A stretch of DNA of 64,000 bases from a virus (IMGVR_UViG_3300045988_119437:72768-136767), one strand, 5' to 3'. Positions 1-9,986 are shown, counted from the first letter of the stretch. Notes: generated from the letters alone by a model not told the origin. A program made the numbers and translations.

Positions 1-63
1 AGTTTTTGAATAGCTGTGCAAATTACAAAACGGCTTAAAATCATGCTTTTATGAGGTTTGTTT

Positions 64-240
64 ATGACTGTTTCTGAATTTATTAAGAAGTTGAAAGAGT
101 TTGGCTATGACGAAAATACCGAATTGGTTTTTGGAATGTATACCAATACTGAATTCGGAGACTGGAAAGAACTTCAGGTCAGGGGGTGTCAAAGGGTGTG
201 TGTTTTTCTGACGAAGAAGCATATCCTGATGAGCCTTTGA
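64..240 (+). CDS. hypothetical protein (small)
   Basis: ORF with GAGGT RBS-like sequence 7 nt upstream of ATG at 64; track ORF begins at TTG 58. Confidence 0.4.
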   Translation: MTVSEFIKKLKEFGYDENTELVFGMYTNTEFGDWKELQVRGCQRVCVFLTKKHILMSL

Positions 241-273
241 TTTGCGTAACGATGGAGCAGGAGTAACAAAAAA

Positions 274-441
274 ATGAACATTCGGAGAGATTTTATTGAA
301 GCGTTTTGCTGGGAGTTTGGATGCACCAAAAAGAAAGCAAACGAAGTATTTTCGTTGCGAATTCATGACGATCCTGAGTATGTTCACGAGGTAATTGCAT
401 TCTACAAATGTCAGAATAAGAAAGCATTTTACGAAGATTGA
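274..441 (+). CDS. hypothetical protein (55 aa, below track cutoff)
   Basis: ATG preceded by GGAGCAGGAG; open to TGA at 439-441; fills gap between annotated ORFs. Confidence 0.4.
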   Translation: MNIRRDFIEAFCWEFGCTKKKANEVFSLRIHDDPEYVHEVIAFYKCQNKKAFYED

Positions 442-450
442 GGTGATAAT

Positions 451-684
451 ATGACTGAGAAAGATAAACGGATTCTAAAATACGCAATCGATAATCTTGT
501 TCTTAGAGAAATCGAATTATGCAAAGGAAGTTGTAAAAGCAACCTTGAAAACAAAGCGAACCGTGAACGAGATCGTGAATTGATTATTTATGGTATTCAC
601 AGCGTTTTATATGAGGTTGAGCGTCTTGAAGAACAAGAGAAAGAGATGCTGGAGAAAGTCAAACATGAAGTGGTTCAGTTTTGA
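451..684 (+). CDS. hypothetical protein
   Basis: ORF in tight + strand array; GAGGTGA RBS. Confidence 0.5.
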   Translation: MTEKDKRILKYAIDNLVLREIELCKGSCKSNLENKANRERDRELIIYGIHSVLYEVERLEEQEKEMLEKVKHEVVQF

Positions 685-1004
685 TTGAGGTGATAAAAAT
701 GGACGAAAGCAAAGTTGTGAAGCAGATTGCCGAATGGATGGTCAAAGAAGGTACAAAAAATACTACAGAAGGCAATTGGATTTTTCATATTGACGAAATC
801 ACAAAAGAATTTAACGTAAGCAAAATGTTTGTTGCGGCCTATTGTGGAGAGATTTTTGATTCACTTTATGAACACGAATCGGTTGCTGATGTGGAATGTA
901 CTCTACAAGAAGGCTCTAATTTTTATGTGAAAACTTTTGACGTTGATTTTTATACAAAATTTTGTCCCAATGTAGAGGATAAAAATTGGAGTGAGATTGT
1001 ATGA
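681..1004 (+). CDS. hypothetical protein; paralog of 4897..5214
   Basis: Shares FDVDFYT and overall pattern with ORF 4897; start overlaps previous stop (ATGA). Confidence 0.55.
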   Translation: MIEVIKMDESKVVKQIAEWMVKEGTKNTTEGNWIFHIDEITKEFNVSKMFVAAYCGEIFDSLYEHESVADVECTLQEGSNFYVKTFDVDFYTKFCPNVEDKNWSEIV

Positions 1005-1186
1005 CCAACACTGAAAAGAATATCGTTCTCGCAGCTCTTTCTTCATATCGGCGTAAGCTGATGGATCAGAGTGTTTCGTTCCTCAGAGCTGGCAATCACG
1101 AGGATGCAAGAGCAAGCACGATTGAAGCAGCCAACGTGAATGCGTTGGTGATTAAGTTTACAAGAGAAAAGGAGTTTGCAATATGA
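1001..1186 (+). CDS. hypothetical protein
   Basis: ORF, overlapping stop/start with neighbours. Confidence 0.45.
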   Translation: MTNTEKNIVLAALSSYRRKLMDQSVSFLRAGNHEDARASTIEAANVNALVIKFTREKEFAI

Positions 1187-1470
1187 GAAACCTGTCTAAA
1201 CAGAACCGCAAGAAAATTTTTGATTTGATCAAACGTGATTGCACATTTGTTGGCTCTTACGATTTGGAACATTCTGAAGAAAGTGTTTTGACTTATCTCC
1301 CGAAGCCAGGCACACAGATTCACAAAGATGTTGAAGAGGTTCGTGTCATAAAGAACCGCAAGACTGGAAACTGGGTTGAATCCGTTGTTGATGTGCGTTG
1401 GTATTACGGTATGACTTGCGCTGATGCAGAGATGATTGAACGCAAATATCAGTGCAAGTCTAATAAATGA
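1183..1470 (+). CDS. hypothetical protein
   Basis: ORF, GGAG RBS, ATGA overlap with upstream gene. Confidence 0.5.
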   Translation: MRNLSKQNRKKIFDLIKRDCTFVGSYDLEHSEESVLTYLPKPGTQIHKDVEEVRVIKNRKTGNWVESVVDVRWYYGMTCADAEMIERKYQCKSNK

Positions 1471-1482
1471 GATAGGTGGAAT

Positions 1483-1656
1483 ATGAAATACAAAAGAATG
1501 AAGATTGTTTATATTGATGGCTGGTATCATGTTGAACAAACATGGATGAGCGGCAAGGTTATTATTACTCCGTATAGATGGAAGGATAAAAGAATAGCTC
1601 AATCCTACGTTGTTGCTTTTTATGAAGCTGGGGAGGTGGCAGAAATTGACTGATCC
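1483..1656 (+). CDS. hypothetical small protein (57 aa)
   Basis: ATG after GGTGG RBS; not in track (<60 aa); overlaps start of next ORF. Confidence 0.3.
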
Positions 1657-1882
1657 ATGCCATTATTGCGTGGCACCGGAGCGTTATCCTGGTTGCCACG
1701 ACCATTGCAAAAAGCTGAAAGCCCATCGTGAAAGTGATGAGTATAAGAAGCTGTGTGAATATAAGAATACATACCTAAAAAGCCATTCGACAGCAAGCTC
1801 TTCTCAGATTAACAAAGCGATGCGGTATTTCAAATGTAAAGGTTATAGCCTTTATGGATTCAAGAATGTTGGGAGTGTGTAA
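1610..1882 (+). CDS. Cys/His-rich small protein
   Basis: ORF with CHYC...CHDHC motifs; true start uncertain (possibly TTG ~1646 after GGGGAGGTGG). Confidence 0.4.
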   Translation: MLLFMKLGRWQKLTDPCHYCVAPERYPGCHDHCKKLKAHRESDEYKKLCEYKNTYLKSHSTASSSQINKAMRYFKCKGYSLYGFKNVGSV

Positions 1883-1883
1883 A

Positions 1884-2063
1884 ATGAACGGCTATTACGT
1901 TACTATTGAAACAAGAGTTACTTACACAACGTTTGTAGAAGCAGACAACAAAGATGATGCTTATGAAATTGCGAAAGATAGATTTGTTGCCGGTGAGATT
2001 GAACCAGATAATCCGAATCCGACGGACATTGATAGTGTTACGGTAAAAGACGCAGAGGAGTGA
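1884..2063 (+). CDS. hypothetical protein (60 aa)
   Basis: ATG after GGGAGTG RBS. Confidence 0.45.
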   Translation: MNGYYVTIETRVTYTTFVEADNKDDAYEIAKDRFVAGEIEPDNPNPTDIDSVTVKDAEE

Positions 2064-2067
2064 TAAA

Positions 2068-2580
2068 ATGAGAGAATTTGAAGGTTTTATTTTTCCTAAC
2101 GGAAGAATTGTAGCGATTCCTGAAGAGGAATATATGGCAGCTATCGAAGCGGGAAAAGAAATTCTTGTGTTTTGTGGTGGATGGGCTGGTGGATACGCTA
2201 GAGCGTTTGGTGCAGATAAGGAACAGGATATTTATGAGCCTGATAAAACTTGTTACATGGTCTATTCGTATGATGTTATGGATAAGACCTTTACGCCAGA
2301 AGATATGAAGCGGTTCGCTAAAGTGATTGTCACAGATGGTATCCGTGTGTATATGAAAACAGGTGAGTCGGCCAGTGATTATTATTCTGGAACCTTCTGT
2401 GACTGTGGTACGAAAGACCGGCTCGAAGAACATTACCCTGACACTTGTAGTAATGATATTGAACAATACGATTTCAGTGATTGTCAGACAGTTGATTTTG
2501 ATATGACGGTTCGTATGCTGGGTGCCGATGATAAAGATTACGAAGGTATGGTAAAGATGCTCAAGGAGATTTTGAGGTGA
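2068..2580 (+). CDS. hypothetical protein (170 aa)
   Basis: ORF with GAGGAG RBS. Confidence 0.6.
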   Translation: MREFEGFIFPNGRIVAIPEEEYMAAIEAGKEILVFCGGWAGGYARAFGADKEQDIYEPDKTCYMVYSYDVMDKTFTPEDMKRFAKVIVTDGIRVYMKTGESASDYYSGTFCDCGTKDRLEEHYPDTCSNDIEQYDFSDCQTVDFDMTVRMLGADDKDYEGMVKMLKEILR

Positions 2581-2584
2581 TAAA

Positions 2585-2806
2585 ATGTGGGATCTAGTTG
2601 AAAATGAATATTCTAAAAAATATGGAATTGGGTGTGCAACCTTTTTTCGTGACAAACAATTAAAAACAGCAATGGTTATGTATAAATATAATGGCCGTAG
2701 CGTTATGTTTTGCTATTCCGAGTACGATAATAAGATTCTATCTGACGGTGATAAAGACGAAATTGAGATGACAATCAAAAAGAAACTCAACTTTTGGAAG
2801 GATTAA
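2585..2806 (+). CDS. MWDL-family small protein, copy 1
   Basis: N-terminus MWDLVENEYSKKYGIG; member of tandem triplet. Confidence 0.5.
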   Translation: MWDLVENEYSKKYGIGCATFFRDKQLKTAMVMYKYNGRSVMFCYSEYDNKILSDGDKDEIEMTIKKKLNFWKD

Positions 2807-2808
2807 CT

Positions 2809-3039
2809 ATGTGGGATTTAATTAAAGATGAATACTCTGAAGAATATAAAATCGGAAGAGCAAAGTTCAAGAACAAACAAACAGGTCATTACTTCACAAT
2901 CATGTATATGATACTTAGTTTTTGTATTTCTTTTTATTTTCCAGAGTATTCTTCCTTTTTTGTTCTTCCTACCGCAAGAGATAAAGAAGAAATGAAAGAA
3001 ATTATTATTTTAAGACATTCTAAAACTTTGGAGGATTAA
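2809..3039 (+). CDS. MWDL-family small protein, copy 2
   Basis: ATG 2809 after GGAAGGATTAACT; MWDLIKDEYSEEYKIG. Confidence 0.5.
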   Translation: MWDLIKDEYSEEYKIGRAKFKNKQTGHYFTIMYMILSFCISFYFPEYSSFFVLPTARDKEEMKEIIILRHSKTLED

Positions 3040-3041
3040 CT

Positions 3042-3290
3042 ATGTGGGATCTGAGAGAAGTCCACGCTTGTTTTGATGGTGAAAGTTGGGTTTGGAACGG
3101 ATCTTTCCATCACAAGGATGTATTTGTAGATGAGAACGAAAACCCGAGAGAAATCTTCTGGCAAGAATGTCAGATGTTCTTCCTTCAAGATTATCTTAAT
3201 AAGTGCGAAATCGTTGATGATGGTGATATTCTAGAACTTCAATTGAAGGATTCTGGCGAGCCGGTTCTTGCTATGATGATTGCAGAGTAA
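3042..3290 (+). CDS. MWDL-family small protein, copy 3
   Basis: Same GGAGGATTAACTATGTGGGAT start context as copy 2. Confidence 0.5.
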   Translation: MWDLREVHACFDGESWVWNGSFHHKDVFVDENENPREIFWQECQMFFLQDYLNKCEIVDDGDILELQLKDSGEPVLAMMIAE

Positions 3291-3303
3291 AGGAGAATGA
3301 ATT

Positions 3304-3576
3304 ATGACACGTTTTTATTTGGATGCGGGTACTCTTGGCCGTTGGATGCACCAGAATAAAGCACAATACACTGGTGCTTATGTTGAAGGTGTTCTGGTTG
3401 ATAGTTTTGTCGTTGAAACAAAGCGTGGAGTCGCAGCCATCTATGAACACTATCTGAATGAGTGGACAAGCAACTATTATGTTGAGTTCACTGATTACAA
3501 GAACGGTTTTAAGAATGGCGAGGTCGATAAGATTTGGTCTGATTGGTACGCTTTTGAAGAAAAGGCTAGTGCATAA
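3304..3576 (+). CDS. hypothetical protein
   Basis: ORF with AGGAGAATGAATT RBS context. Confidence 0.55.
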   Translation: MTRFYLDAGTLGRWMHQNKAQYTGAYVEGVLVDSFVVETKRGVAAIYEHYLNEWTSNYYVEFTDYKNGFKNGEVDKIWSDWYAFEEKASA

Positions 3577-3589
3577 GAGGTGATGGAAT

Positions 3590-3784
3590 ATGGAACTGCT
3601 TACTTTACTTTCAATTATTCCGGATGACATTAGCTTTACGCTTTGTGATTGTAATTCAGGCGAAGAAATTGAATGTTACAATAATAATTCTCTTCTTGAA
3701 ATTTCAGAAGCAAGACGCTACACGGTTGACTTCATCACACCAGAGTTCAATATGCTGATGATTTTTGTGAAAGAAAAAGATTGA
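3590..3784 (+). CDS. hypothetical protein
   Basis: ORF with GAGGTGATGG RBS. Confidence 0.45.
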   Translation: MELLTLLSIIPDDISFTLCDCNSGEEIECYNNNSLLEISEARRYTVDFITPEFNMLMIFVKEKD

Positions 3785-3803
3785 TAAAAGGGAGATTTTA
3801 AAT

Positions 3804-4004
3804 ATGGAAGAGGCAATGGAATATATTGAAGATAAATTTACATTAAGTAGTGGACTTTGTAGTCATATCATATCAGATATTTTATGTTTTTTGAAAAAAT
3901 CTTCTGGTTCTCGAATGGATAAAATCACTCTCCTTAATAATTTACTTAATTCACTTGGTCTTACGATAGAAGAAGAGAAACAGATTATTGATTGGCTCTT
4001 ATAA
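3804..4004 (+). CDS. hypothetical protein
   Basis: ORF with AAGGGAG RBS. Confidence 0.45.
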   Translation: MEEAMEYIEDKFTLSSGLCSHIISDILCFLKKSSGSRMDKITLLNNLLNSLGLTIEEEKQIIDWLL

Positions 4005-4022
4005 TGTAAGGAGATTTTAGAT

Positions 4023-4877
4023 ATGGAAAACTTATATTGCTACGATAATGAAATCATAAAATGGACTTACGGCGATAACCTATGTTGCTTACATATTCAG
4101 CACGACGACGTTGCAGACAATAACCCTCGTTGGTGGGATGACCATGATTCCGTGATGGCTTGTTTCCATTCTCGTTATCGTCTTGGTGATAAGATTGATG
4201 CGAGTACGGCAGAAGAGTTTTGGAACAATCTGGTTTATAAGTATTGTTCTGATGAAGAGATTGTGGATGCTTTAACGTGTATAAAACTGGAAGAGGTATG
4301 TGTGGTTATTGACAACGATAATAGTAGTATTGAAGAAACTCGTTATGCGATTTGTTGTCGTGAAGATCAAGACAATCCTTGGTACACCAATTTGAAATAC
4401 AATGAAATTGCGGTGTATGCTCGTGGCAATTTTTCTATTCGTGATTGTCAGATTCTTCTGGATAAGCATATTGCATGGCTTCCTCTTTGGTTGCGTGACC
4501 ATTCTGGTTTGTCTATGGATTGTGATACACGATTCAAAAGTTCGTGGGACGATAGCAATGTTGGTTGGATTGTGACCGCTGTTACGGATAGTTCGGATAA
4601 TACCAAAAATGAAGCAGAACGAATCATGCGTGATGAGGTAAAGACTTATAGCGATTATATTTCCGGTGAGAACTACGGCTATACGGTTTATCGAGAAGAA
4701 CACGGAGAATGGAAGGAAATTGACAGAGCATTCGGATTTATCGGTTCTGACGTGTTTGAAAACGGTATTGTGTACAGTGTTGGTTACGGTCTCGAAATAG
4801 CATTAAAGGAAGATCGGTGCCGTATTGGTGATGCAGAGAAGATTGTGACCGTTACTTACAGTTTTGATAAATGTTGA
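4023..4877 (+). CDS. hypothetical protein (284 aa)
   Basis: Long ORF with AAGGAG RBS; no recognisable motif. Confidence 0.6.
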   Translation: MENLYCYDNEIIKWTYGDNLCCLHIQHDDVADNNPRWWDDHDSVMACFHSRYRLGDKIDASTAEEFWNNLVYKYCSDEEIVDALTCIKLEEVCVVIDNDNSSIEETRYAICCREDQDNPWYTNLKYNEIAVYARGNFSIRDCQILLDKHIAWLPLWLRDHSGLSMDCDTRFKSSWDDSNVGWIVTAVTDSSDNTKNEAERIMRDEVKTYSDYISGENYGYTVYREEHGEWKEIDRAFGFIGSDVFENGIVYSVGYGLEIALKEDRCRIGDAEKIVTVTYSFDKC

Positions 4878-4896
4878 ATTTTAGGAGGGAAATACC

Positions 4897-5214
4897 ATGG
4901 ATGATAATATGATGGAACGTCAGATTGCTGATTATATGGTGAATTATGGCACTGAAAACACGAATTATGGCACATGGGTGTTTGAGGTCGATGAACTGGC
5001 GAAAAAGTTCAATATTACAGAGAAATGGATTCAGGAACATGAAGACGGTATTATGTCTGAGCTGTATCTCAGAGAAGAAGTAGCTGACGTTGAACGTGAA
5101 TTAAGCGGCAATGATATGACTATCACACTTTTTGATGTGGATTTCTACACCAACTATTGCCATAACTATATTGAAGACGAACAGGAAAAGGATGATGACG
5201 TAAATCAGTATTAG
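4897..5214 (+). CDS. hypothetical protein; paralog of 681..1004; ends at TAG followed by 58 further open codons (to 5391)
   Basis: AGGAGGG RBS; stop is TAG at 5212-5214; same frame stays open and protein-like to TAA 5389-5391. Confidence 0.5.
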   Translation: MDDNMMERQIADYMVNYGTENTNYGTWVFEVDELAKKFNITEKWIQEHEDGIMSELYLREEVADVERELSGNDMTITLFDVDFYTNYCHNYIEDEQEKDDDVNQY

Positions 5215-5394
5215 TTTGCTGAAACTCGTTGGTGTATCGATGACGTTATTGATGCAGCGAAGAAAAAAGGAATTGTATTGACTTCGCAACAAGCTGAGTC
5301 GTGGTGGAAAAAGAACGAAAAGTGGTTTAAGGATACTCTTACTGAATATGGTAATGAGATTCTTTTTAATGCAAATTTTAGTAAGGTATAAGTT

Positions 5395-5631
5395 ATGTGG
5401 TGTGTTATCAAATGTGGTTCTAAAGGTGAAATTTTTGAGCCTGAGTTTTTTCAAAACGAAAAAGAAGTTATGAAATATATCGTGGATGATTCGAAAGAAT
5501 GCCATGCAATGTATTCTGACCTTCCTAATGTTCTGGCTTATTATGATAGTGACGAACTCGAGGCACAGGTTTGGACGGATGAATTTGGTTTCAGATGGAA
5601 AGCATTTGATATTTCTAACAAATTGATGTAA
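5395..5631 (+). CDS. hypothetical protein
   Basis: ORF with AAGG RBS. Confidence 0.5.
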   Translation: MWCVIKCGSKGEIFEPEFFQNEKEVMKYIVDDSKECHAMYSDLPNVLAYYDSDELEAQVWTDEFGFRWKAFDISNKLM

Positions 5632-5646
5632 AAGGAGAGTTTTATT

Positions 5647-5844
5647 ATGAGAATTACTATAAAATATGACATTAAACAAATGACGGAGACGCTTTGCGAT
5701 GTAGCAGGTGTTGAGTATAACCTTGATTTAGAAAATTTGTTGCATTCGCTAGATATTATGGCACAAAATCCTTACAATGCTGATTTTCGTCGTAATGGTC
5801 TTGCTATCATTGCTAAAGTGTGCGAGGAGCTGAGAGAAAAATAA
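5647..5844 (+). CDS. hypothetical protein
   Basis: ORF with AAGGAGAG RBS. Confidence 0.45.
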   Translation: MRITIKYDIKQMTETLCDVAGVEYNLDLENLLHSLDIMAQNPYNADFRRNGLAIIAKVCEELREK

Positions 5845-6038
5845 TGTATTACCATCTTGAATACTCTGTCAGACACTTTATGTACGGCGATACATATAGA
5901 GGGCATGAAGTCTATCCTACAAAAGAGCTGCGTAACGCAGAACTTAACTGGATGAAAATGTGTTACAGCAAGCCGACAGAGCTTGTCTATGCAACGTATG
6001 AAACCGAAACGCTTGGTGAGGATAAGATAATAATATAA
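5844..6038 (+). CDS. hypothetical protein
   Basis: ATG overlaps previous TAA (ATAATG). Confidence 0.45.
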   Translation: MYYHLEYSVRHFMYGDTYRGHEVYPTKELRNAELNWMKMCYSKPTELVYATYETETLGEDKIII

Positions 6039-6062
6039 TGAGGAATTAAGGGAGTGAGAGTT

Positions 6063-6257
6063 ATGATTATCCAAAATTGCGGATGGGATCATTCAGTGGA
6101 CGAAGTTAAGGAAGCTCTTGATACACTTTCATATTGGTTAAGAGAAGGTGTGACAGTTGGTATTTTTAATGAAGAAACCAACAAATGTGAGTTACTAAAA
6201 CCTTTTGATTCAGAAAAAGCTTTTATTTTGGGGGCATTAACTTATGACGGCACGTGA
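6063..6257 (+). CDS. hypothetical protein
   Basis: ATG 6063 after AAGGGAGTGAGAG; track starts at GTG 6054. Confidence 0.45.
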   Translation: MIIQNCGWDHSVDEVKEALDTLSYWLREGVTVGIFNEETNKCELLKPFDSEKAFILGALTYDGT

Positions 6258-6561
6258 GATTGCAAGAGATTTTCTTTCTAAAATGAATCCTTCTGGATGG
6301 AATGGACGTGGATACAAACCGGATACATTTAATGATAAAGATCAGATTAAATATCATGTAGATGGTCACCCTGAAATTGATGTGGATGTTTATTATGAAT
6401 ATGATGCTGGCGATAATAGCTGGTGGCATTTTTGTGATGCACGTTACAATGCTTCTGGCGATAAAATTCTTGGTGTGTGTAATCCTAATGTTTGGTCTAT
6501 TGATGCGATTGAAGAATCTGCTAAATATTTATTTAGCAAAATGAATATTGAAATTAAATAA
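6244..6561 (+). CDS. hypothetical protein
   Basis: ORF overlapping upstream gene end. Confidence 0.5.
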   Translation: MTAREIARDFLSKMNPSGWNGRGYKPDTFNDKDQIKYHVDGHPEIDVDVYYEYDAGDNSWWHFCDARYNASGDKILGVCNPNVWSIDAIEESAKYLFSKMNIEIK

Positions 6562-6578
6562 AATCGAGGTTTTAGAAA

Positions 6579-6782
6579 ATGGAACGAACTATGAATGATA
6601 AACTCATGGAAGCAGCACAGGTTCTTATTGAAAATGGAATGAGTGCGGATGATGCGTATGTTGCTTTGCAGGCGCAGTGTTATATCCTTTTGGATATTGA
6701 GATCGACGATTATCTCACAGATGAAGATTATGAAGAACTCGAAGATTTTGAAAAGAAACTGAGTGAGACAGAGGAGAAATGA
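6579..6782 (+). CDS. hypothetical acidic protein
   Basis: ORF with GAGG RBS; highly acidic C-terminus. Confidence 0.5.
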   Translation: MERTMNDKLMEAAQVLIENGMSADDAYVALQAQCYILLDIEIDDYLTDEDYEELEDFEKKLSETEEK

Positions 6783-6991
6783 TTATGAATATCAACGAAA
6801 TTCGTTACTTTGAACGTAAGATGACCGACAGTGCATTTGATGATGCTGTGAAGTACGATCCAGCGATTGCAGTTCGTGCAAAGCGAGCATGGGTTATAAA
6901 AATACAAGGGCTGATTTCGTTCCGGGAGTACATTTCTTGCTTGCAAGATATTACCGGCAACGCACGAATCTTTTGGAAGTATCAGTTTTAA
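6779..6991 (+). CDS. hypothetical protein
   Basis: ATGA overlap with previous gene. Confidence 0.45.
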   Translation: MIMNINEIRYFERKMTDSAFDDAVKYDPAIAVRAKRAWVIKIQGLISFREYISCLQDITGNARIFWKYQF

Positions 6992-7005
6992 GAGGAGGAA
7001 ACAAA

Positions 7006-7266
7006 ATGTTTTTGCTTATCAATATTTATATTGCAAAAGGTGAGAATTCATTTCTCCCAGAAGTTGTTTATAAAAAGGGTTTTAATACGATTCTTGAGGC
7101 GGAAAATGAAATGAACAAACAAGTGGACGATATTCTTGTAAATCATTATTGTAAATATTATAAAGATGAAAACGGTGAACAGAATTTTAGTGTTTTGCGA
7201 TTAAAAGGTGATATTCGTATTGATGCTTGTGACGTATACGACTGGTGGAAAATCGTAGAGATTTGA
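7006..7266 (+). CDS. hypothetical protein
   Basis: ATG after AGAGGAGGAAAC RBS. Confidence 0.5.
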   Translation: MFLLINIYIAKGENSFLPEVVYKKGFNTILEAENEMNKQVDDILVNHYCKYYKDENGEQNFSVLRLKGDIRIDACDVYDWWKIVEI

Positions 7267-7295
7267 TAAAACAGTTCTTCTAAGGAGATAGTAAT

Positions 7296-7547
7296 ATGAA
7301 TGAAAAGAGATTTGAAATTGACACGCCCATCGGAAAACTGGTTGCTGAAGCTGGTGGAGATTATAAGGATTATCCAGGAATTTATATTTATCTTCAGAGA
7401 GAAGATGGCGTTCAAATTGATTTATCTTGTACGGAAATTGATAAAGAAACTGGCGAAGGCAGGGTCTTTATCTGGGAAAATACGTCTACGGATGAATACA
7501 CTAGGATGATGCGCTGGACTAAAGAACAACTTATGATTAAAGAGTGA
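7296..7547 (+). CDS. hypothetical protein
   Basis: ORF with AAGGAGATAG RBS. Confidence 0.5.
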   Translation: MNEKRFEIDTPIGKLVAEAGGDYKDYPGIYIYLQREDGVQIDLSCTEIDKETGEGRVFIWENTSTDEYTRMMRWTKEQLMIKE

Positions 7548-7566
7548 GCGGAGGGAGTAAAACAAA

Positions 7567-8868
7567 ATGACTACTAACAATTCTATGACTGTAATAACCT
7601 CTAAGCCATTCGGCGCACTGAATGTGGACGTGTACCAGAATGATAAACACCAGTATTATATGACCCGTGAACAGATTGGGCGAGCACTGGAATGTAAAGA
7701 ACCTCGGAAGTACATTGCGAAGATTCATGAGCGTAATGCAGACCGTCTTGACCCGTTGAGCTCGGTCGTCAATTTGACGACTGAGGTCGGAAATTATACG
7801 CAAGAACGTCAAACATATATGTACAGTTTGCGTGGTGTTATGGAAATCTGTCGTTTGTCTCGTCAGCCGAAGGCGGATGCGTTTATGGATTTCTGCTGGG
7901 ACATTATGGAATCTCTGATGCGTGGCGATTCCGTTCTGGCTACTCCTCAGATGGATGCTGCACTGAGTAAGGAGTTCATTGATGTAAGACTTCACGCTCT
8001 GTTTGATAGCATGAAGAACCTTCAGAGTGAACTTGATTCCACTCGCAAGGAGCTCGGTGACCAGATTGAGGAAGCTCGTGCTACTAGCAACGAAGCACTG
8101 AATATAATCAGCAGCGTGTCTCAGTGTGTCCATCAGATTAAGGATAAGCAGATGGATAATTCGATTCGTGCTAAGAGCTATACTCCTCGCAATGTGTTTC
8201 AGGATGAAATGAGTGACTGGCGTAAAGATTTGTATAGCAAGATTGGTGTGATTGCAAATACCAAAGGCTATACGAATAAGGAAACGCTTCACAAGATATA
8301 TGAATATCTGAATCGTAATTATGGTTTCGTTTTGGAAGACGCTCGTGCGAAGTATGTTAAAAGAACGAATCGTAGTGGGAAAATCTCTACGATTGATATT
8401 ATCGAAGAGGACTCCACTTGGAAATCCGTTATGGGTGCTGTTGTCGCAGATATGTACGCGGCATCTATTGAACGTCTGCATCAGAATCAGAATGAACTTC
8501 GTCTGACTCCAAAGGCTGTCGAAGCTGTTTCTGAAGTAAACGTGAGCGACGCTCCCGTGGTTGAGGTGGAAGCCAAGGAAGTTGTTAATGAGAAGCCTAA
8601 GAAGCAGAGTGAGACGGCAAAGATTCTTTTCCCAATTATGATGCCTCTGGCGGAAAACCTTGGTGATAGGCCGCAATACAAGCACACTTATACCCTAATC
8701 TATGAGTGTATTGGTTATAAGAAAATGAATAATTTGTTTATTGCTTACGAGAAGGCTCATGGTAAAGCACCAAGTCCGAAAACAAAGGTGTTTATCGAAA
8801 ACGAAAAGAATCTCGCACTGTTTAAAAAGGCTGTAAAGCAGCTGATGAAAGAACGGGAGAACAAGTAA
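7567..8868 (+). CDS. putative phage antirepressor-like protein (Bro-N/ORF6N-like N-terminus)
   Basis: 433-aa ORF; N-terminal FGALNVDVYQNDKHQYYMTREQIGRAL resembles antirepressor N-domains; by-eye assignment. Confidence 0.4.
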   Translation: MTTNNSMTVITSKPFGALNVDVYQNDKHQYYMTREQIGRALECKEPRKYIAKIHERNADRLDPLSSVVNLTTEVGNYTQERQTYMYSLRGVMEICRLSRQPKADAFMDFCWDIMESLMRGDSVLATPQMDAALSKEFIDVRLHALFDSMKNLQSELDSTRKELGDQIEEARATSNEALNIISSVSQCVHQIKDKQMDNSIRAKSYTPRNVFQDEMSDWRKDLYSKIGVIANTKGYTNKETLHKIYEYLNRNYGFVLEDARAKYVKRTNRSGKISTIDIIEEDSTWKSVMGAVVADMYAASIERLHQNQNELRLTPKAVEAVSEVNVSDAPVVEVEAKEVVNEKPKKQSETAKILFPIMMPLAENLGDRPQYKHTYTLIYECIGYKKMNNLFIAYEKAHGKAPSPKTKVFIENEKNLALFKKAVKQLMKERENK

Positions 8869-9492
8869 ATGTACGTAATATCGAACGGTCATAATTATAT
8901 TATGAAACGGAAAGGGGGTCGGATTTGTGCCACCTGTGATATTAACCTAGCATTACAGTTTGAATCTAAGGGTCTGGCGATTTGTGAAATCAACAAGCTT
9001 CCCGCCGGGTATAAGAATGGACACTATGTACCGAAATCAATGGATGAAATCGAAGCTGCAAATAAGAGTCCGAATATAACAAATCAGGTTGCAAAGCCGA
9101 ATACATACGCATTTCATATGAAAGATTCTGAATGGCTGATAGAGTTGAAGAAAAATCTTGAGGTCACAGACAAAACCATGGCCAGCCTCGATGATTTATA
9201 TGCCAAAGTCTACAGTGATTTAACTGCGGCTAGTGATGAGATTGCTGATATTGAACACGCAATTGAGTTCAAAACAGTGAACGCAGCGCAAGGTTATCAA
9301 CTTATGGCGGAATTAAAGAAGGCTCGTCGTAAGAGGAGAGAAGCCAAGGATGCAAAGTTTCTAATTGAAATTGCGATGAGTCATCGAAACAACAATGATT
9401 GGGGTCATAGTCGGCTTGAGACTGCCATTGAGCAACTTGACACTCGTCAGTTTACTCCGAAAGTTCGCAACGATCTGTTTGAAAAGAATTGA
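8869..9492 (+). CDS. hypothetical protein (207 aa)
   Basis: ORF starting at stop of previous gene (TAAATG). Confidence 0.55.
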   Translation: MYVISNGHNYIMKRKGGRICATCDINLALQFESKGLAICEINKLPAGYKNGHYVPKSMDEIEAANKSPNITNQVAKPNTYAFHMKDSEWLIELKKNLEVTDKTMASLDDLYAKVYSDLTAASDEIADIEHAIEFKTVNAAQGYQLMAELKKARRKRREAKDAKFLIEIAMSHRNNNDWGHSRLETAIEQLDTRQFTPKVRNDLFEKN

Positions 9493-9758
9493 GGTACATA
9501 AAAATGACGATTCATATTTTACATGAATGTATTGATTCTAGCGATTTCTACGCGGAAGGTAATATTATTACCATTAACAAAGATAAAGAGAAGTTGTCTG
9601 AAAAGATGTTCTCGCTTTATAAGGATTGCCGGGACTCGGAAGGAAATAGTGTGAACCAGGACGAAACGTGGTGTGATTCATGTGAGGCGTCCGTTGTTAG
9701 TGGGAGCTCTGGAAATTACTATCGACATCATTGGAAAATTGACAAGTTTGAGGTGTGA
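9489..9758 (+). CDS. hypothetical protein
   Basis: ORF, ATGA overlap. Confidence 0.5.
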   Translation: MRYIKMTIHILHECIDSSDFYAEGNIITINKDKEKLSEKMFSLYKDCRDSEGNSVNQDETWCDSCEASVVSGSSGNYYRHHWKIDKFEV

Positions 9759-9761
9759 ATT

Positions 9762-9986
9762 ATGATGGTATATGGAAACATAACGTGTAATCGCTGTGGC
9801 ATTACATGGTATGGCCCTAAATGTGGAAAGCTCTATTGTGATAAATGTCGTAAGATAATAAGAAATGAGGCATCCATTCGATGTAAGAACAAAAAGAAAC
9901 ATAAACCAACATTTGTTGAGATTGTAAGAATGGCAGATGCTGAAGGATTATCTTACGGTAAGTATTGTTTGAAGTATGGAGTTTGA
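9762..9986 (+). CDS. zinc-ribbon small protein
   Basis: CNRCG...CGKLYCDKC cysteine pairs. Confidence 0.45.
   Translation: MMVYGNITCNRCGITWYGPKCGKLYCDKCRKIIRNEASIRCKNKKKHKPTFVEIVRMADAEGLSYGKYCLKYGV

Noticed and set aside
7537-8685. 382-aa ORF on the minus strand
   Set aside because: Fully antisense to the 433-aa + strand gene. Its sequence is low-complexity and hydrophobic in the way typical of shadow ORFs in AT-rich DNA, and no RBS or start context was found.
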